Assembly (NCBI GenBank): GCA_964550845.1
Contig: CAZKAD010000001.1
Location: forward strand, 21,342 to 85,341
DNA from: an uncultured Gammaproteobacteria bacterium
Lineage (GTDB): Bacteria; Patescibacteriota; Patescibacteriia; Magasanikbacterales; UBA922
Direction of reading: 5' to 3'
Length of the DNA stretch: 64,000 bases
Shown here: piece after piece, positions 10,318 to 19,383 of the stretch
Position numbering within the stretch: position 1 is the stretch's first letter
How the letters are laid out: the number at the start of each line of letters is the position of its first letter
Notes under the pieces: generated by a model
What the model was told of the DNA's origin: nothing
The model's input: the letters and a program-made list of their open reading frames with translations, nothing else
Databases searched by the model: none
Program-made: the position numbers and the translations under genes

Positions 10318-10518
10318 ATGCATACCCCGATCGCTCTCGTTCTCGCTGTTGCTGCTGCAATCTCGTTGGTGATCAATCTCTATTATGTTGAGAAGGATCC
10401 CGCCAAAGCTAGAAAAGCTTTGATTGCTGCCGTAGTTTTGCTCGCCGTCTTGGCTCTTGTGTTGGTTCACAAGAAGTTCGGTAAGATGATGATGGGTCCT
10501 AGCTATGACATTATGTAA
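10318..10518 (+). CDS. small two-TM membrane protein (66 aa)
   Basis: Two hydrophobic helices. Ala/Leu/Val-rich, locally GC-rich codons. Confidence 0.4.
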   Translation: MHTPIALVLAVAAAISLVINLYYVEKDPAKARKALIAAVVLLAVLALVLVHKKFGKMMMGPSYDIM

Positions 10519-10552
10519 TTAGATATTGAATATTGGATATTGAATATAAATT

Positions 10553-10560
10553 TCGAAAAT
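10553..10560 (+). promoter_or_regulatory. AAAATTGA octamer
   Basis: 70 nt upstream of ATG 10628. Confidence 0.55.
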
Positions 10561-10627
10561 TGATTTCTTAATCAATCAATAATCAAACTTATTAGGAGTT
10601 TGATTATCTTTTCAAAAAGTAAAGGTT

Positions 10628-11158
10628 ATGAATGATGCAGCCAATGATATTTGTATTATTTGTCTGTCTCGCAAAGGTATAGCTAAATATTGTACACATT
10701 TCTATTGTGATATTTGTCTGAGAGAAATGTGCACAATTCGTCTTCAACATCATCAAAAATGTGGATGTGCAATTCCAGGTTGTATTGAATACGACCAAAA
10801 ACAAATTGATGCTATTCTTGACAATGAAGGCAAAACTGCACAAATTGAAGCTTATCTTCGACAACATGGACAAAAATGTACAAAGTGTCACGAATGGGTA
10901 ACCAAAGGTGATGGATGTAACTTTGTTAATTGTCGCTGTGGGTTATCATGGGATTGGCGTCATGGACCTCCAGATTTTGTTAATCAGACTTCTCCCTCTT
11001 CTTGGTGTTTTCGATGGTTTCGAGATGATACAAAAATTTTACTCGGGCAATTAAGTACGACTACGCTCAAAATGATTGAGCAAGAACTTACATTGCATAC
11101 ATCGAATAGAAGAGAATATTCAACTCGAAATATTCTTGAACATCTTAAGAAGTTGTAA
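10628..11158 (+). CDS. RING/IBR (RBR-like) zinc-finger protein, putative E3 ubiquitin ligase
   Basis: CIICL..CTHFYCDICL is RING-like. KCTKCHEWVTKGDGCNFVNCRCG resembles the IBR/Rcat C6HC module. Confidence 0.55.
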   Translation: MNDAANDICIICLSRKGIAKYCTHFYCDICLREMCTIRLQHHQKCGCAIPGCIEYDQKQIDAILDNEGKTAQIEAYLRQHGQKCTKCHEWVTKGDGCNFVNCRCGLSWDWRHGPPDFVNQTSPSSWCFRWFRDDTKILLGQLSTTTLKMIEQELTLHTSNRREYSTRNILEHLKKL

Positions 11159-11160
11159 TT

Positions 11161-11190
11161 CACAAAGTCACCTTCTGAGGTGACTTTGTG
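11161..11190. terminator. perfect 13-bp stem hairpin CACAAAGTCACCT-TCTG-AGGTGACTTTGTG
   Basis: Seen directly after stop 11158. Confidence 0.65.
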
Positions 11191-11265
11191 AAACTCTTTT
11201 TTGAGAAAAATGAGTTTTTTCTTTATCGAGAAGGGAAAATTTGCTCATCAACTTTTCAATCAGAA

Positions 11266-11715
11266 ATGAATCGAAATTTAGAGGCACTCCATCTAAAACC
11301 AACCTCGGCAGGCGTTCTTCTTGTTGCAAAGCATCACATTTTATTCGTCAAAGAAAAATCTTCAGACAAATGGGGACTTCCAAAAGGAAGTATTCAAAAA
11401 GATGAGTCAAAAGTCGATTGCTGGAAAAGAGAATTGAAAGAAGAAACTCAAATCGACATCGATCTTTATAAATATCGTGTTATCTGGAACAAAAGGATTA
11501 ATAGATACATTATTTACACTGTCATTCTATCAATTGACAATGAGACGTTCAACAAAATGAAAGCTCAAGAGTCGAAAAGCGAGGAGATTAACCAAGTTGA
11601 ATGGATCAAGATTGGTGAAATCCCTACTAACGTATACGATTCATTGAATTCAACGGCGAGGACTGCTATTTTTAGTATAAATCATCCATCATCACGCTCT
11701 TTTCGAAGAGAATGA
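11266..11715 (+). CDS. Nudix hydrolase (mRNA-decapping-enzyme-like)
   Basis: Nudix box GSIQKDESKVDCWKRELKEETQI fits Gx5Ex7REUxEE. The track ORF starts at GTG 11188; first ATG used. Confidence 0.7.
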   Translation: MNRNLEALHLKPTSAGVLLVAKHHILFVKEKSSDKWGLPKGSIQKDESKVDCWKRELKEETQIDIDLYKYRVIWNKRINRYIIYTVILSIDNETFNKMKAQESKSEEINQVEWIKIGEIPTNVYDSLNSTARTAIFSINHPSSRSFRRE

Positions 11716-11732
11716 ATCTATCAATTTGAAGA

Positions 11733-11740
11733 AAATTGAT
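11733..11740 (+). promoter_or_regulatory. AAAATTGA octamer
   Basis: 90 nt upstream of ATG 11830. Confidence 0.5.
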
Positions 11741-11829
11741 CTGCAAAAATTAACTTAATATAAAAACCTACCCGAAGGGATCTCGTTTTTCGGTTAAAGA
11801 GTTTTTCACTATTTGTACAGAGTTAAAGA

Positions 11830-12678
11830 ATGGTTCCCGCTCCCTTCAAAAGGTACACCATTACTTTTACTGTGGCAACCAACTGGACTATTAATCATGT
11901 TCTTTTCTTCTGGAAACATGACTTTCCAAAAATACAAGACATGTCAAATGTTCCTCTTGGTACAATTCTTTCATTGAAATACAAAGATGAAAATGGCCAT
12001 GTTCATCATCGAGGTCATGGAAAGAGCAATGATAAATGTTTTTCTAATACTACTTCTGTGAATGTTTTTGTTGGAAAAGTTATCAATGTTAAACTTCCAT
12101 CATTCGGTAAGATTCAAATTACCGGATGTCTCGAGGAGAGTCAAGCATATAAGGGAGTTCATGCAATTTGGAAAGCAATTCAAGCAATCGAAGAAAAGAA
12201 TCCTGGTTTTTGTAAATTACCTCCAGATGAACCACCAAAAATTATTTTCAATCCCGTGATGAACAATGTGAGTGTAAATATTGGTTTTGAAGTGAATCGA
12301 CAAAAGTTACAGACATTCTTGTATAGATGCAAAGAAATGGATTTCATTCTTCCGACCAAAGATGAGAGATATGCAGGAACAAAAGTAGAGACAAAAATTC
12401 AAGACATTTCTCATATTCCGCTGGTTAAACAAAGATTTCTCCAAGGAAAATGGTATTCTTCAAATGCGACCATGAATGACTTTCTAGCTCTCTTGAATGC
12501 AAAAAGTCGAAAAGAAGAGAGTCGAAAGACTCATCAACATGTCATTCTTATTTTTCATTCAGGTAAATTGATTTATATTGCTCCTCGATTTGAACTAATG
12601 CCGAAATTCTATGACTTTTTCCTCAAGCTCCTTCATGAGCATCGAAATGAAATTGAAGAAACTTGTCAAGCGCATTAA
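11830..12678 (+). CDS. hypothetical protein (282 aa)
   Basis: Long ATG ORF whose stop lies in a CATTAAAC context followed by TTAAAC-family repeats. Confidence 0.5.
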   Translation: MVPAPFKRYTITFTVATNWTINHVLFFWKHDFPKIQDMSNVPLGTILSLKYKDENGHVHHRGHGKSNDKCFSNTTSVNVFVGKVINVKLPSFGKIQITGCLEESQAYKGVHAIWKAIQAIEEKNPGFCKLPPDEPPKIIFNPVMNNVSVNIGFEVNRQKLQTFLYRCKEMDFILPTKDERYAGTKVETKIQDISHIPLVKQRFLQGKWYSSNATMNDFLALLNAKSRKEESRKTHQHVILIFHSGKLIYIAPRFELMPKFYDFFLKLLHEHRNEIEETCQAH

Positions 12679-12754
12679 ACTTTAAACCTTAAACTTTAAA
12701 TTCTCCTCAAGATTGATTAAATGTAAAGGATTCTTCTCCTCAAAAGGAAAAGAA

Positions 12755-12850
12755 TTAAACGTCTCTTCAAGACTGGTTAAACGTCTCTTCAAGACTGGTT
12801 AAACGTCTCTTCAAGACTGGTTAAACGTCTCTTCAAGACTGGTTAAACAT
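12755..12850. repeat. 4.3 x 22-bp tandem repeat TTAAACGTCTCTTCAAGACTGG
   Basis: Perfect direct repeats between convergent genes. Each unit has a GTCT-cttca-AGAC mini-hairpin. The last unit supplies the TAA stop of the minus-strand gene. Confidence 0.9.
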
Positions 12851-13553
12851 TCCCATTCAATTGATTAAACGGAAATTCAATTTCAATCTTCAAGTTCAAT
12901 GTAAGATCAGAAAGATACCATGCTTCTCCTCGTCGATGAATATACGGAGTTTTGAATCTTGGTGTTTCAAATTGGTCGAGAAGATACATATCATGGAATG
13001 GCACTTTTTTCAGTTTAAATAGACTATAATCTTCATTTTGGATCATAAAGATAAATTCTTTGGTTCGTGGAAAGAACCACAAAACTGTCTCTTTGTACTT
13101 ATCAAAAAACTTCCGAGTTTCTTGATCGCAGAGCTTAAATTGAATTGCGCGCGGATTATTTTGAATCCAGTCGGCGACAGAATCGAAGTTTTCGAATTCT
13201 ATCTGAAAACTTTTCGATCCAAGAAATGTCCATCGATTATTCCTCTTTTGGAATGATGGTGCAGGACAATCTGGAAAATTACTACTTGAGATTTGTGCAC
13301 TATAGATTAAATTATCATCACTCGATTCTCGAAGTTTAAACAAAGCTTTATTTTCGGTTCTCTTTTGATCAATCATTAAAATTTGATGCTCATTTTTCGA
13401 CCAGTAAATCTTGAGTGGAGTATAATACCCCTCGACTTTACTCACTTTAAGTTCAATCATTTTAATCATTTCGGAAGGCTTAGCCATCGGGGATGGTTGA
13501 AAGTTGTTCAAATTCCAAATCGAATCAATAAAATTAATCAATTTCTTATTCAT
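12843..13553 (-). CDS. hypothetical protein (236 aa)
   Basis: ATG chosen at 13553 to avoid overlap with the plus-strand gene at 13598. Stop embedded in the TTAAAC repeat. Confidence 0.45.
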   Translation of the reverse strand: MNKKLINFIDSIWNLNNFQPSPMAKPSEMIKMIELKVSKVEGYYTPLKIYWSKNEHQILMIDQKRTENKALFKLRESSDDNLIYSAQISSSNFPDCPAPSFQKRNNRWTFLGSKSFQIEFENFDSVADWIQNNPRAIQFKLCDQETRKFFDKYKETVLWFFPRTKEFIFMIQNEDYSLFKLKKVPFHDMYLLDQFETPRFKTPYIHRRGEAWYLSDLTLNLKIEIEFPFNQLNGNV

Positions 13554-13555
13554 CT

Positions 13556-13563
13556 TAAAAATT
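13556..13563 (+). promoter_or_regulatory. AAAATTGA octamer
   Basis: 35 nt upstream of ATG 13598. Confidence 0.5.
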
Positions 13564-13597
13564 GATTGCTTCCGAAGTGTCAAAGAGTAAAAACAAG

Positions 13598-13963
13598 ATG
13601 TGGGGGTTTTATGTTTTGATTGCAAGTATAACTTGTTGTATTCCAACGGCGTTTTGTTGCCTTTCATCAGAAAAAATGAAAAAAATGGAAGACCCGGTTT
13701 TACATGGAGAAGAATGGCGACCAAAATTTTCATCAACTCATGTCGAACAAAGATTATCGCCAATTGCGAATGAGGAAACAGATCGCCAAGAAATTTCATC
13801 AGAAGATGAAATTGAAGTCAAAATTTCAAATCCAACTCCTCCTTCATCACCGGTTCCCCCTTCATCACCGGTTCCCCCTTCATCACCGGTTCCGAGAAAT
13901 CGAACTGATATCAATTGGACGCCAGTCTTCGACGAAGATGATGATTATGAATATCTCGTTTAA
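13598..13963 (+). CDS. hypothetical protein with N-terminal hydrophobic segment and 3 x PPSSPV repeat
   Basis: 18-bp x3 in-frame tandem repeat at about 13845-13900. Acidic C-terminus. Confidence 0.4.
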   Translation: MWGFYVLIASITCCIPTAFCCLSSEKMKKMEDPVLHGEEWRPKFSSTHVEQRLSPIANEETDRQEISSEDEIEVKISNPTPPSSPVPPSSPVPPSSPVPRNRTDINWTPVFDEDDDYEYLV

Positions 13964-13980
13964 CCAATCCGTCAGGATGT

Positions 13981-14454
13981 TTAATTCTTCCATTCATTAA
14001 TATGTTTCTTACAATATCGATTTGGAAAGGGTAAATAAGAATTGTAGAGACCAAGCTTTTCCGCTTTGGCTAAAAGGCGATTGTTTATCTTTTCAAATTC
14101 AGGAGGATGTTCAGGATCGTCAGGAGGACCAACGAATTGTGAAGGAGTTAAAACGTGAGCTATTTCATGAAGATATGCATAAACAAGAAAATTCTCAAAA
14201 TAAGGAGAATTTTCTTCATTGCCGAGACAAAGATGTATTTCTGATTTACCAAGAGTGTAAGTATCAGATTTACTTGGGTAAACATCAATTTCAGCAATAA
14301 TTGGGTGAACAGGAGAAAGCTTTTCCTTCAATCTTTGAATACGAAGTTTATCATCTGGATGATGTGACTGGAACCGAATCGGCAACACATATTTCTCCTT
14401 CCATTTGTACCAAATTATGAACAACAAAATTACAAAAACGACGATCTCCTTCAT
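13981..14454 (-). CDS. putative HExxH zinc metallopeptidase with N-terminal TM anchor
   Basis: YLHEIAHVLT motif with a downstream Glu, and an N-terminal hydrophobic helix. SprT/Wss1-like at best. Confidence 0.45.
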   Translation of the reverse strand: MKEIVVFVILLFIIWYKWKEKYVLPIRFQSHHPDDKLRIQRLKEKLSPVHPIIAEIDVYPSKSDTYTLGKSEIHLCLGNEENSPYFENFLVYAYLHEIAHVLTPSQFVGPPDDPEHPPEFEKINNRLLAKAEKLGLYNSYLPFPNRYCKKHINEWKN

Positions 14455-14497
14455 CGCTAATCCCTAAGCTCTAATCTTTATCAAGCTGAGAAAAATT

Positions 14498-14716
14498 TCA
14501 ACCCGAAGGTTGTAATTTTGATTCTTTTTCCTTTTCTTTTAACGATTTCTTATTTTGATCGCTCTTACATTTACACTGTCGATTGATGATCACCGATTGA
14601 CATGTAATACAATATTTTGCAGGTGATGCAAGGCTTCCTTTTCTTGCACAAGTTGAACAAACTTGTGAATGATACGGAATTTCAGTGTCACAACTCGGAC
14701 AGATATTGGGATCCAT
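14498..14716 (-). CDS. small zinc-ribbon protein (72 aa)
   Basis: Three CxxC pairs. Upstream hairpin 14721-14747. Confidence 0.4.
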   Translation of the reverse strand: MDPNICPSCDTEIPYHSQVCSTCARKGSLASPAKYCITCQSVIINRQCKCKSDQNKKSLKEKEKESKLQPSG

Positions 14717-14764
14717 TTTATTTTTCTTCCTTTCTTAGGAAGAAAAATCATTTTTGTTATTGAT

Positions 14765-15553
14765 TTATCCATAGCGCAAACAGACATTTTTTATTTCATC
14801 TCCGTTCGATTCGACGACTAGAACATTGTCCCACAATCCAGGAAAGAAAATTATCTCTTTTTGCATTGAGCTATACCATACTGGCCGACTCGTTTCTATA
14901 AGAATAAGAGTAACGTCTTTCTTTTCTTTTGACAAGATTGGCCCAGATTTTGTAATGATATTTTCTGGTATGTGATCATAATTTGCCTGTTTCCGAAGAG
15001 CTTCTTCAAGCTGACTTACTTTCCATGTGGACATTTCAGAAATAAGTTCCATTCGAAATGAAGGATGTTGCTCGCTTTTTGGCTTAGGAATAACGTAATG
15101 GTCGTAAATTCCAGGAATTGCCACTCTCAAAATAAAATTAACTTCCTTTTTATCTACAAATTTGACAATTTTATTCAACCATGATCTATTGATTAATCCT
15201 CCAAAATACTTTTTGTTTGGCTCTCCTATAAACTGTTGGGCTTTATCTTGATGATAAATACTGTAAATACACTGTTTGTCACAGTAGATAAAATCATATT
15301 GTTTATATTTATTACACTCTCGACATTTCCCACATTGCTGGCAACTTTGATCAAATGAAAAAGTAACGCCAAATACACATGAATTTGAATAAAAATTAAA
15401 TGCCCTTGCTTCATGCATATACTGACCAATTGAACCTTTGTTGTCATAGAGTTCCTTCAATTCTGCATAACCAAGCTTGTTTAAAGCAATGAGATTCCGG
15501 TCAGAAAAATATTCATAATCATCAATATCAAATTGATGAAGTGTCACTAACAT
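14765..15553 (-). CDS. hypothetical Cys-rich protein (262 aa)
   Basis: ATG ORF with a CQQCGKCRECNKY cluster. Confidence 0.5.
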   Translation of the reverse strand: MLVTLHQFDIDDYEYFSDRNLIALNKLGYAELKELYDNKGSIGQYMHEARAFNFYSNSCVFGVTFSFDQSCQQCGKCRECNKYKQYDFIYCDKQCIYSIYHQDKAQQFIGEPNKKYFGGLINRSWLNKIVKFVDKKEVNFILRVAIPGIYDHYVIPKPKSEQHPSFRMELISEMSTWKVSQLEEALRKQANYDHIPENIITKSGPILSKEKKDVTLILIETSRPVWYSSMQKEIIFFPGLWDNVLVVESNGDEIKNVCLRYG

Positions 15554-15576
15554 ATTTTGTATAGTTAAATCGCGGT

Positions 15577-16212
15577 TTAATTATCATTTACACCAGATAG
15601 TTGAACATCAGGCATAAAGATCCATCGTCCCGGTTTGAGAAAAGGAAACGCGTCAACACAAACATTATAGTACGAGGCTGATTTTTGAGGATGAAAGTCA
15701 TTAAATTGGTCATTATTTCCAATAATGTTCAATGCAAAATCGTTACTGGCCACTTCAATCCCGATATAAAATAGCGAAGACACTTCTTTTCCCATTATTC
15801 GATGAAGCATTGGATACAACCCAGAATAAACCGGTTCAACTAAGAGCAGCTTCGAAATGGAATTTTTGCCATGAAAACGATGGAGAGATTGTTCAACTAA
15901 CTTTTGGAATTCCGGATGATCCAATTTGTCAAGATCTTCAAACTGATCTTCGGGATCAACGGTTTGTCCGATTTTTTCTGCAAGTTGGGGGCAAAGTTTT
16001 GTCTCAGGGAAAAGATGCGACTTTGGAACATATCGTGTTCCATACAATTGATTGAATCGATAATAATCTTGTTCGAATAGACTACTTAGATCTCGATCAT
16101 TAATTTTTGTCCAATCCACATCAAGCTTTGCATCTTGTTCGAGAAATTTGATCAGTTCATCCCGAGAGACAACTGAGCCGTAGAGTAAATACGCACCAGC
16201 AATTGTAGCCAT
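15577..16212 (-). CDS. hypothetical protein (211 aa)
   Basis: ATG ORF with no motifs. Confidence 0.5.
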   Translation of the reverse strand: MATIAGAYLLYGSVVSRDELIKFLEQDAKLDVDWTKINDRDLSSLFEQDYYRFNQLYGTRYVPKSHLFPETKLCPQLAEKIGQTVDPEDQFEDLDKLDHPEFQKLVEQSLHRFHGKNSISKLLLVEPVYSGLYPMLHRIMGKEVSSLFYIGIEVASNDFALNIIGNNDQFNDFHPQKSASYYNVCVDAFPFLKPGRWIFMPDVQLSGVNDN

Positions 16213-16274
16213 GTTTTGTTTATTGGAATGTTTTTAAGTTTGTTAAGCTAATTAAAGTGCTTCACAAAGTCTTC

Positions 16275-18797
16275 TCAAAATTCATTTTGAATTGGTATCA
16301 CAATCACGGGATCTTTGATTGCAGCCATCTTTAGAATCCGAAGTTGAGACTCAAGATCCTTAATCTTCTTTTCATAATCAAGTTGACGTCGTTTGAAATC
16401 ACTGGTTGTTTCTTGGAGTTTAAGTTGATTATTTTTCAAACCGTCTTCAAGTGTCTTAACATGTTGTTTCTTTCCTTCAAGTTGAGACTTCAGTTCTTCT
16501 TCGACAATCGATAATTTTGAATACTTTTCATGGAGTTGAAGGAGTTCTTCTTTTGTCTTTGTATCTTCCTCGGTTGGTTTCCACGTTTTACTCATATTCT
16601 CACGAAGAGTATTGTTTTCATCACACAAGTTAGCCACTTTACCTCGAAGTCCAATATTTTCTTCTTCTAAAGTTTGAGTTCGAACATTTGCAAATTTAAT
16701 TGCTTGTTCGGCAGTCTCATCTTTCTCTTTTAGCAATAAATCGACTTTACTCAATTGTCCTTCGAGTTGAGCAATTTTATCGAGATAATTTGTTTGATTC
16801 GCTCGAAGAGATTCAATTTCGATTATCTTTTGATTCAAATCATCCTGGCAATGTCGAAGATCATCTCGTGAACGATCCGCAACAGATCGAATATTTTCAA
16901 TTTCATTTTTCACTAATGAAATACTTTTCTGAAGTTCAGTGACTAACGCAGTTTTACTGTCAAGTTCTTCAGCCATCTTTTGGAATTGATCAAGTGATTC
17001 TTCATAATTAGCTGGCGTGAGAGTCGGTTGAACAATCAAATTGTATTCTTTCTTAAAGTCTTTCACATCGATACCTTTCTTTTCACAAAGTTCAATTAGC
17101 TTATTAAGATCTTTAGTCAAAGCTGAAATAATGATTTGTTGAGTAGCAAGTTTTTCATTCGCTTCAAAGAGAAGACGTTTGTATTCTTCAACATTCATTT
17201 CAAGATTAACCACCGGTTTGTTCAAAATGGTTTGAGTAATAGCACCAAATCTCAGCGTTGAAAGAGTTTCTTCATAATTGAATTTCGCAGGTGAACAAGT
17301 AATTACCAAATGAGTTTTACTGTTTCCACCGAGGGAATCGGTCAAAAGACGAGTCAATTTTGAATCTCGATATGGAATGAAACTCTTTTTTTCAGCCAAA
17401 CTTCGAATCACCAATCCAAGAGTCAATAATGATTTGTTAGTTGAACTGGCTTGCTTCAACAGCAATCCTTCAGCCTTTGTTTTCGCTACCTTTTCAGATC
17501 CGGCCAAATCGACAAACACTATTCGCGAGATAATTTTCTTTCCAGTCTTCAGTTCATTTTGTTGAAGATGCATCACCAGTACTGAATGACTTCTCGACGA
17601 ATGAGCGTTCATCGCCGTTTCAGCAACTGTTCGATTCAATTCTCCCTTTCTCATTACACGGACAGCATCTTCAAAACAATTGACATAAGTTTCAGTCACA
17701 TCTTCAATCCATAATCCTCGGAAACGATCCTCACGAATCTTTAGGTCATCGCGAAGAGGTGAGAGCAGATCTCGAATTCGCTCGAGATAAATTTCAACAT
17801 ATGACATGCTAACCAAAAATTCATATCCTTTTTTCCCACGAATCGCGGTAAATAAATCTTTGATTAACCGTGGAACTACACCCATCTCAGTTTCGGTTTT
17901 CCAGAGTTCTCCCTCCTGAGACAGAGCATCGGGATTGTCTACCGATGCAGCGTATCCAGTCATTGTAGTAGTTTTTCCTGAATTATGTGTAATAGTTCCA
18001 TCGGCAAGCAAAAATCGTTCAGGACGATCTTTAATCGGTTCAAGTTGAAATCCTGAATACAACCCCATTCCAACATCTTCAATTTCGAATGAATAAGTTT
18101 CAAGGCCCTTCGAGGCCGGTTCAAGGCCCTTCGGGGTTGGTCCAATTTTCTTATCCTCTTTTCCGATCATTCGAACTCCAAGATAATCTTGTTTATTCTT
18201 TTGTTTCAATAGTTCCTTGACTGACATATCAATCAGCTTTGACTCAAATTGGAGTGTCAAAACGTGATCAAGATTCACCGTGTAAAAACTTTTCTTTTTC
18301 ACATCTCGAATTTTAAACATATGTGAAATTCCAGTAAACAACTTGATCACTTCTCGAACATTTCCTTTTTCGTCAACAAGTTTGTCACCGACTTGAACAT
18401 CTCGTGCTTGAATAATAGATCCATCGATCAGTAAGATTAGTGTCTCAGGAGAAAGGCATCCAGACTGACCATAAGCAAAGATAGTTGCATTGTATCCTTG
18501 AAGAATCTCATCAAGTAAAGGTTTACCAACAGCTTGATATACTTGTTCTTGAGTTGCTTTTTCTTCAAACACTTTGTCGTAATAATATCGATTATCTTTT
18601 ACCTCTTGTGGAAGATTAACAACGTTCCCATTCACCACAATCATTCGATTACCTCCATTTTTTAATTCCGTTTCATTACAAGGGCGAAATCGACAAAAAA
18701 CTTTAACATTTCGATCATCTCTTGGCTCTGTCTCATCCGATTTTTTAGACTCTGGTTTAGACTCTCGGGGAGAAAATGGTTTTGATTTTGCTTTCAT
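16275..18797 (-). CDS. kinesin-like motor protein with coiled-coil tail, interrupted by a mini-intein in the P-loop
   Basis: VKVFCRFRP and IFAYGQSG, then CLSPETLILLIDG...LLADGTITHN, then SGKTTTMTG. Switch I NAHSSRSHS and switch II DLAGSE. About 400 aa of heptad-rich tail. Confidence 0.9.
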   Translation of the reverse strand: MKAKSKPFSPRESKPESKKSDETEPRDDRNVKVFCRFRPCNETELKNGGNRMIVVNGNVVNLPQEVKDNRYYYDKVFEEKATQEQVYQAVGKPLLDEILQGYNATIFAYGQSGCLSPETLILLIDGSIIQARDVQVGDKLVDEKGNVREVIKLFTGISHMFKIRDVKKKSFYTVNLDHVLTLQFESKLIDMSVKELLKQKNKQDYLGVRMIGKEDKKIGPTPKGLEPASKGLETYSFEIEDVGMGLYSGFQLEPIKDRPERFLLADGTITHNSGKTTTMTGYAASVDNPDALSQEGELWKTETEMGVVPRLIKDLFTAIRGKKGYEFLVSMSYVEIYLERIRDLLSPLRDDLKIREDRFRGLWIEDVTETYVNCFEDAVRVMRKGELNRTVAETAMNAHSSRSHSVLVMHLQQNELKTGKKIISRIVFVDLAGSEKVAKTKAEGLLLKQASSTNKSLLTLGLVIRSLAEKKSFIPYRDSKLTRLLTDSLGGNSKTHLVITCSPAKFNYEETLSTLRFGAITQTILNKPVVNLEMNVEEYKRLLFEANEKLATQQIIISALTKDLNKLIELCEKKGIDVKDFKKEYNLIVQPTLTPANYEESLDQFQKMAEELDSKTALVTELQKSISLVKNEIENIRSVADRSRDDLRHCQDDLNQKIIEIESLRANQTNYLDKIAQLEGQLSKVDLLLKEKDETAEQAIKFANVRTQTLEEENIGLRGKVANLCDENNTLRENMSKTWKPTEEDTKTKEELLQLHEKYSKLSIVEEELKSQLEGKKQHVKTLEDGLKNNQLKLQETTSDFKRRQLDYEKKIKDLESQLRILKMAAIKDPVIVIPIQNEF
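17982..18458 (-). mobile_element. mini-intein (159 aa; Cys1 ... His-Asn, +1 Ser) inserted between G and S of the kinesin Walker A GQSG^SGKT
   Basis: Block A CLSPETLILLIDG and terminal THN followed by S. The flanking exteins rejoin to the canonical AYGQSGSGKTTTM. No endonuclease domain. Contains a GC-rich 15-nt duplication (GLEPASKGLE). Confidence 0.8.
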
Positions 18798-18855
18798 CAA
18801 AAGCGATTTCTTTTCTTTTCTTTTCTTTCAGTGGAAAAAAGCTTTCTTTTTCTTG

Positions 18856-18863
18856 AAAATTGA
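18856..18863 (+). promoter_or_regulatory. AAAATTGA octamer
   Basis: 85 nt upstream of ATG 18949. Confidence 0.5.
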
Positions 18864-18880
18864 TAATTTTTCCAGATAAA

Positions 18881-18948
18881 TTAAACATCCTAAAGAACCG
18901 GTTAAACATTCGAAAGACCGGTTAAACATTCGAAAGGAAAATTAAACA
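18881..18948. repeat. about 3.5 x 20-21-bp tandem repeat TTAAACATTCGAAAGACCGG
   Basis: Located in the divergent region between the kinesin start and the Atg8 start. TTAAAC-core family. Confidence 0.8.
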
Positions 18949-19383
18949 ATGAGTTGGGCCGATATGTTTCGTAAAGGGGGTCGATTTTCCGAGGCTCTTC
19001 AAAAGCTCGAACAAAAAAGTCTTGAACAAAGACGAGTCGAAATCAAAAAAATTACCTTTCGATCTCCAGATTCTACTCCAGTAATCGTGATTCCTGAAAA
19101 TGGAATTCGGTTAGACAAAATGAAATATGTTTGTCCATCTGATGTTGACGTTGGACGATTGAATTACATTGTGACAAAGAAAATTCAATCAGCAACTCCA
19201 AATACCGAAAGGGCCTACTTCTTCTTTACTGAAGGAAAGCAAATTCCTCCGACAAGTCAATTGATCAAGGATCTATGCGCAAAAAATAAAAATGAAGATT
19301 TTTCTCTCCATCTTTATTTAACAGCTGAAGAAACGTTTGGATTTTCTTTTCCCATCCAAAATGAACATCCAGAAAGTCTTTGA
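18949..19383 (+). CDS. Atg8/LC3/GABARAP-family ubiquitin-like protein
   Basis: PVIVIPENGIRLDKMKYVCPSDVDVG and FFFTEGKQIPPTSQLIKDLCAKNKNEDFSLHLYLTAEETFG align with Atg8 (KYLVPSDLTVG, FFFVNN.IPPTSA.M..LY.EH.DEDGFLY..YS.E..FG). A conserved Gly is followed by a 13-aa tail. Confidence 0.8.
   Translation: MSWADMFRKGGRFSEALQKLEQKSLEQRRVEIKKITFRSPDSTPVIVIPENGIRLDKMKYVCPSDVDVGRLNYIVTKKIQSATPNTERAYFFFTEGKQIPPTSQLIKDLCAKNKNEDFSLHLYLTAEETFGFSFPIQNEHPESL

Noticed and set aside
12755-12850. Regular short tandem repeats resembling a CRISPR array (also at 34412-34523 and 53934-54000)
   Set aside because: Units are contiguous with no unique spacers, the period is only about 22 bp, and the genome is that of a eukaryotic virus. 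These are simple tandem repeats.
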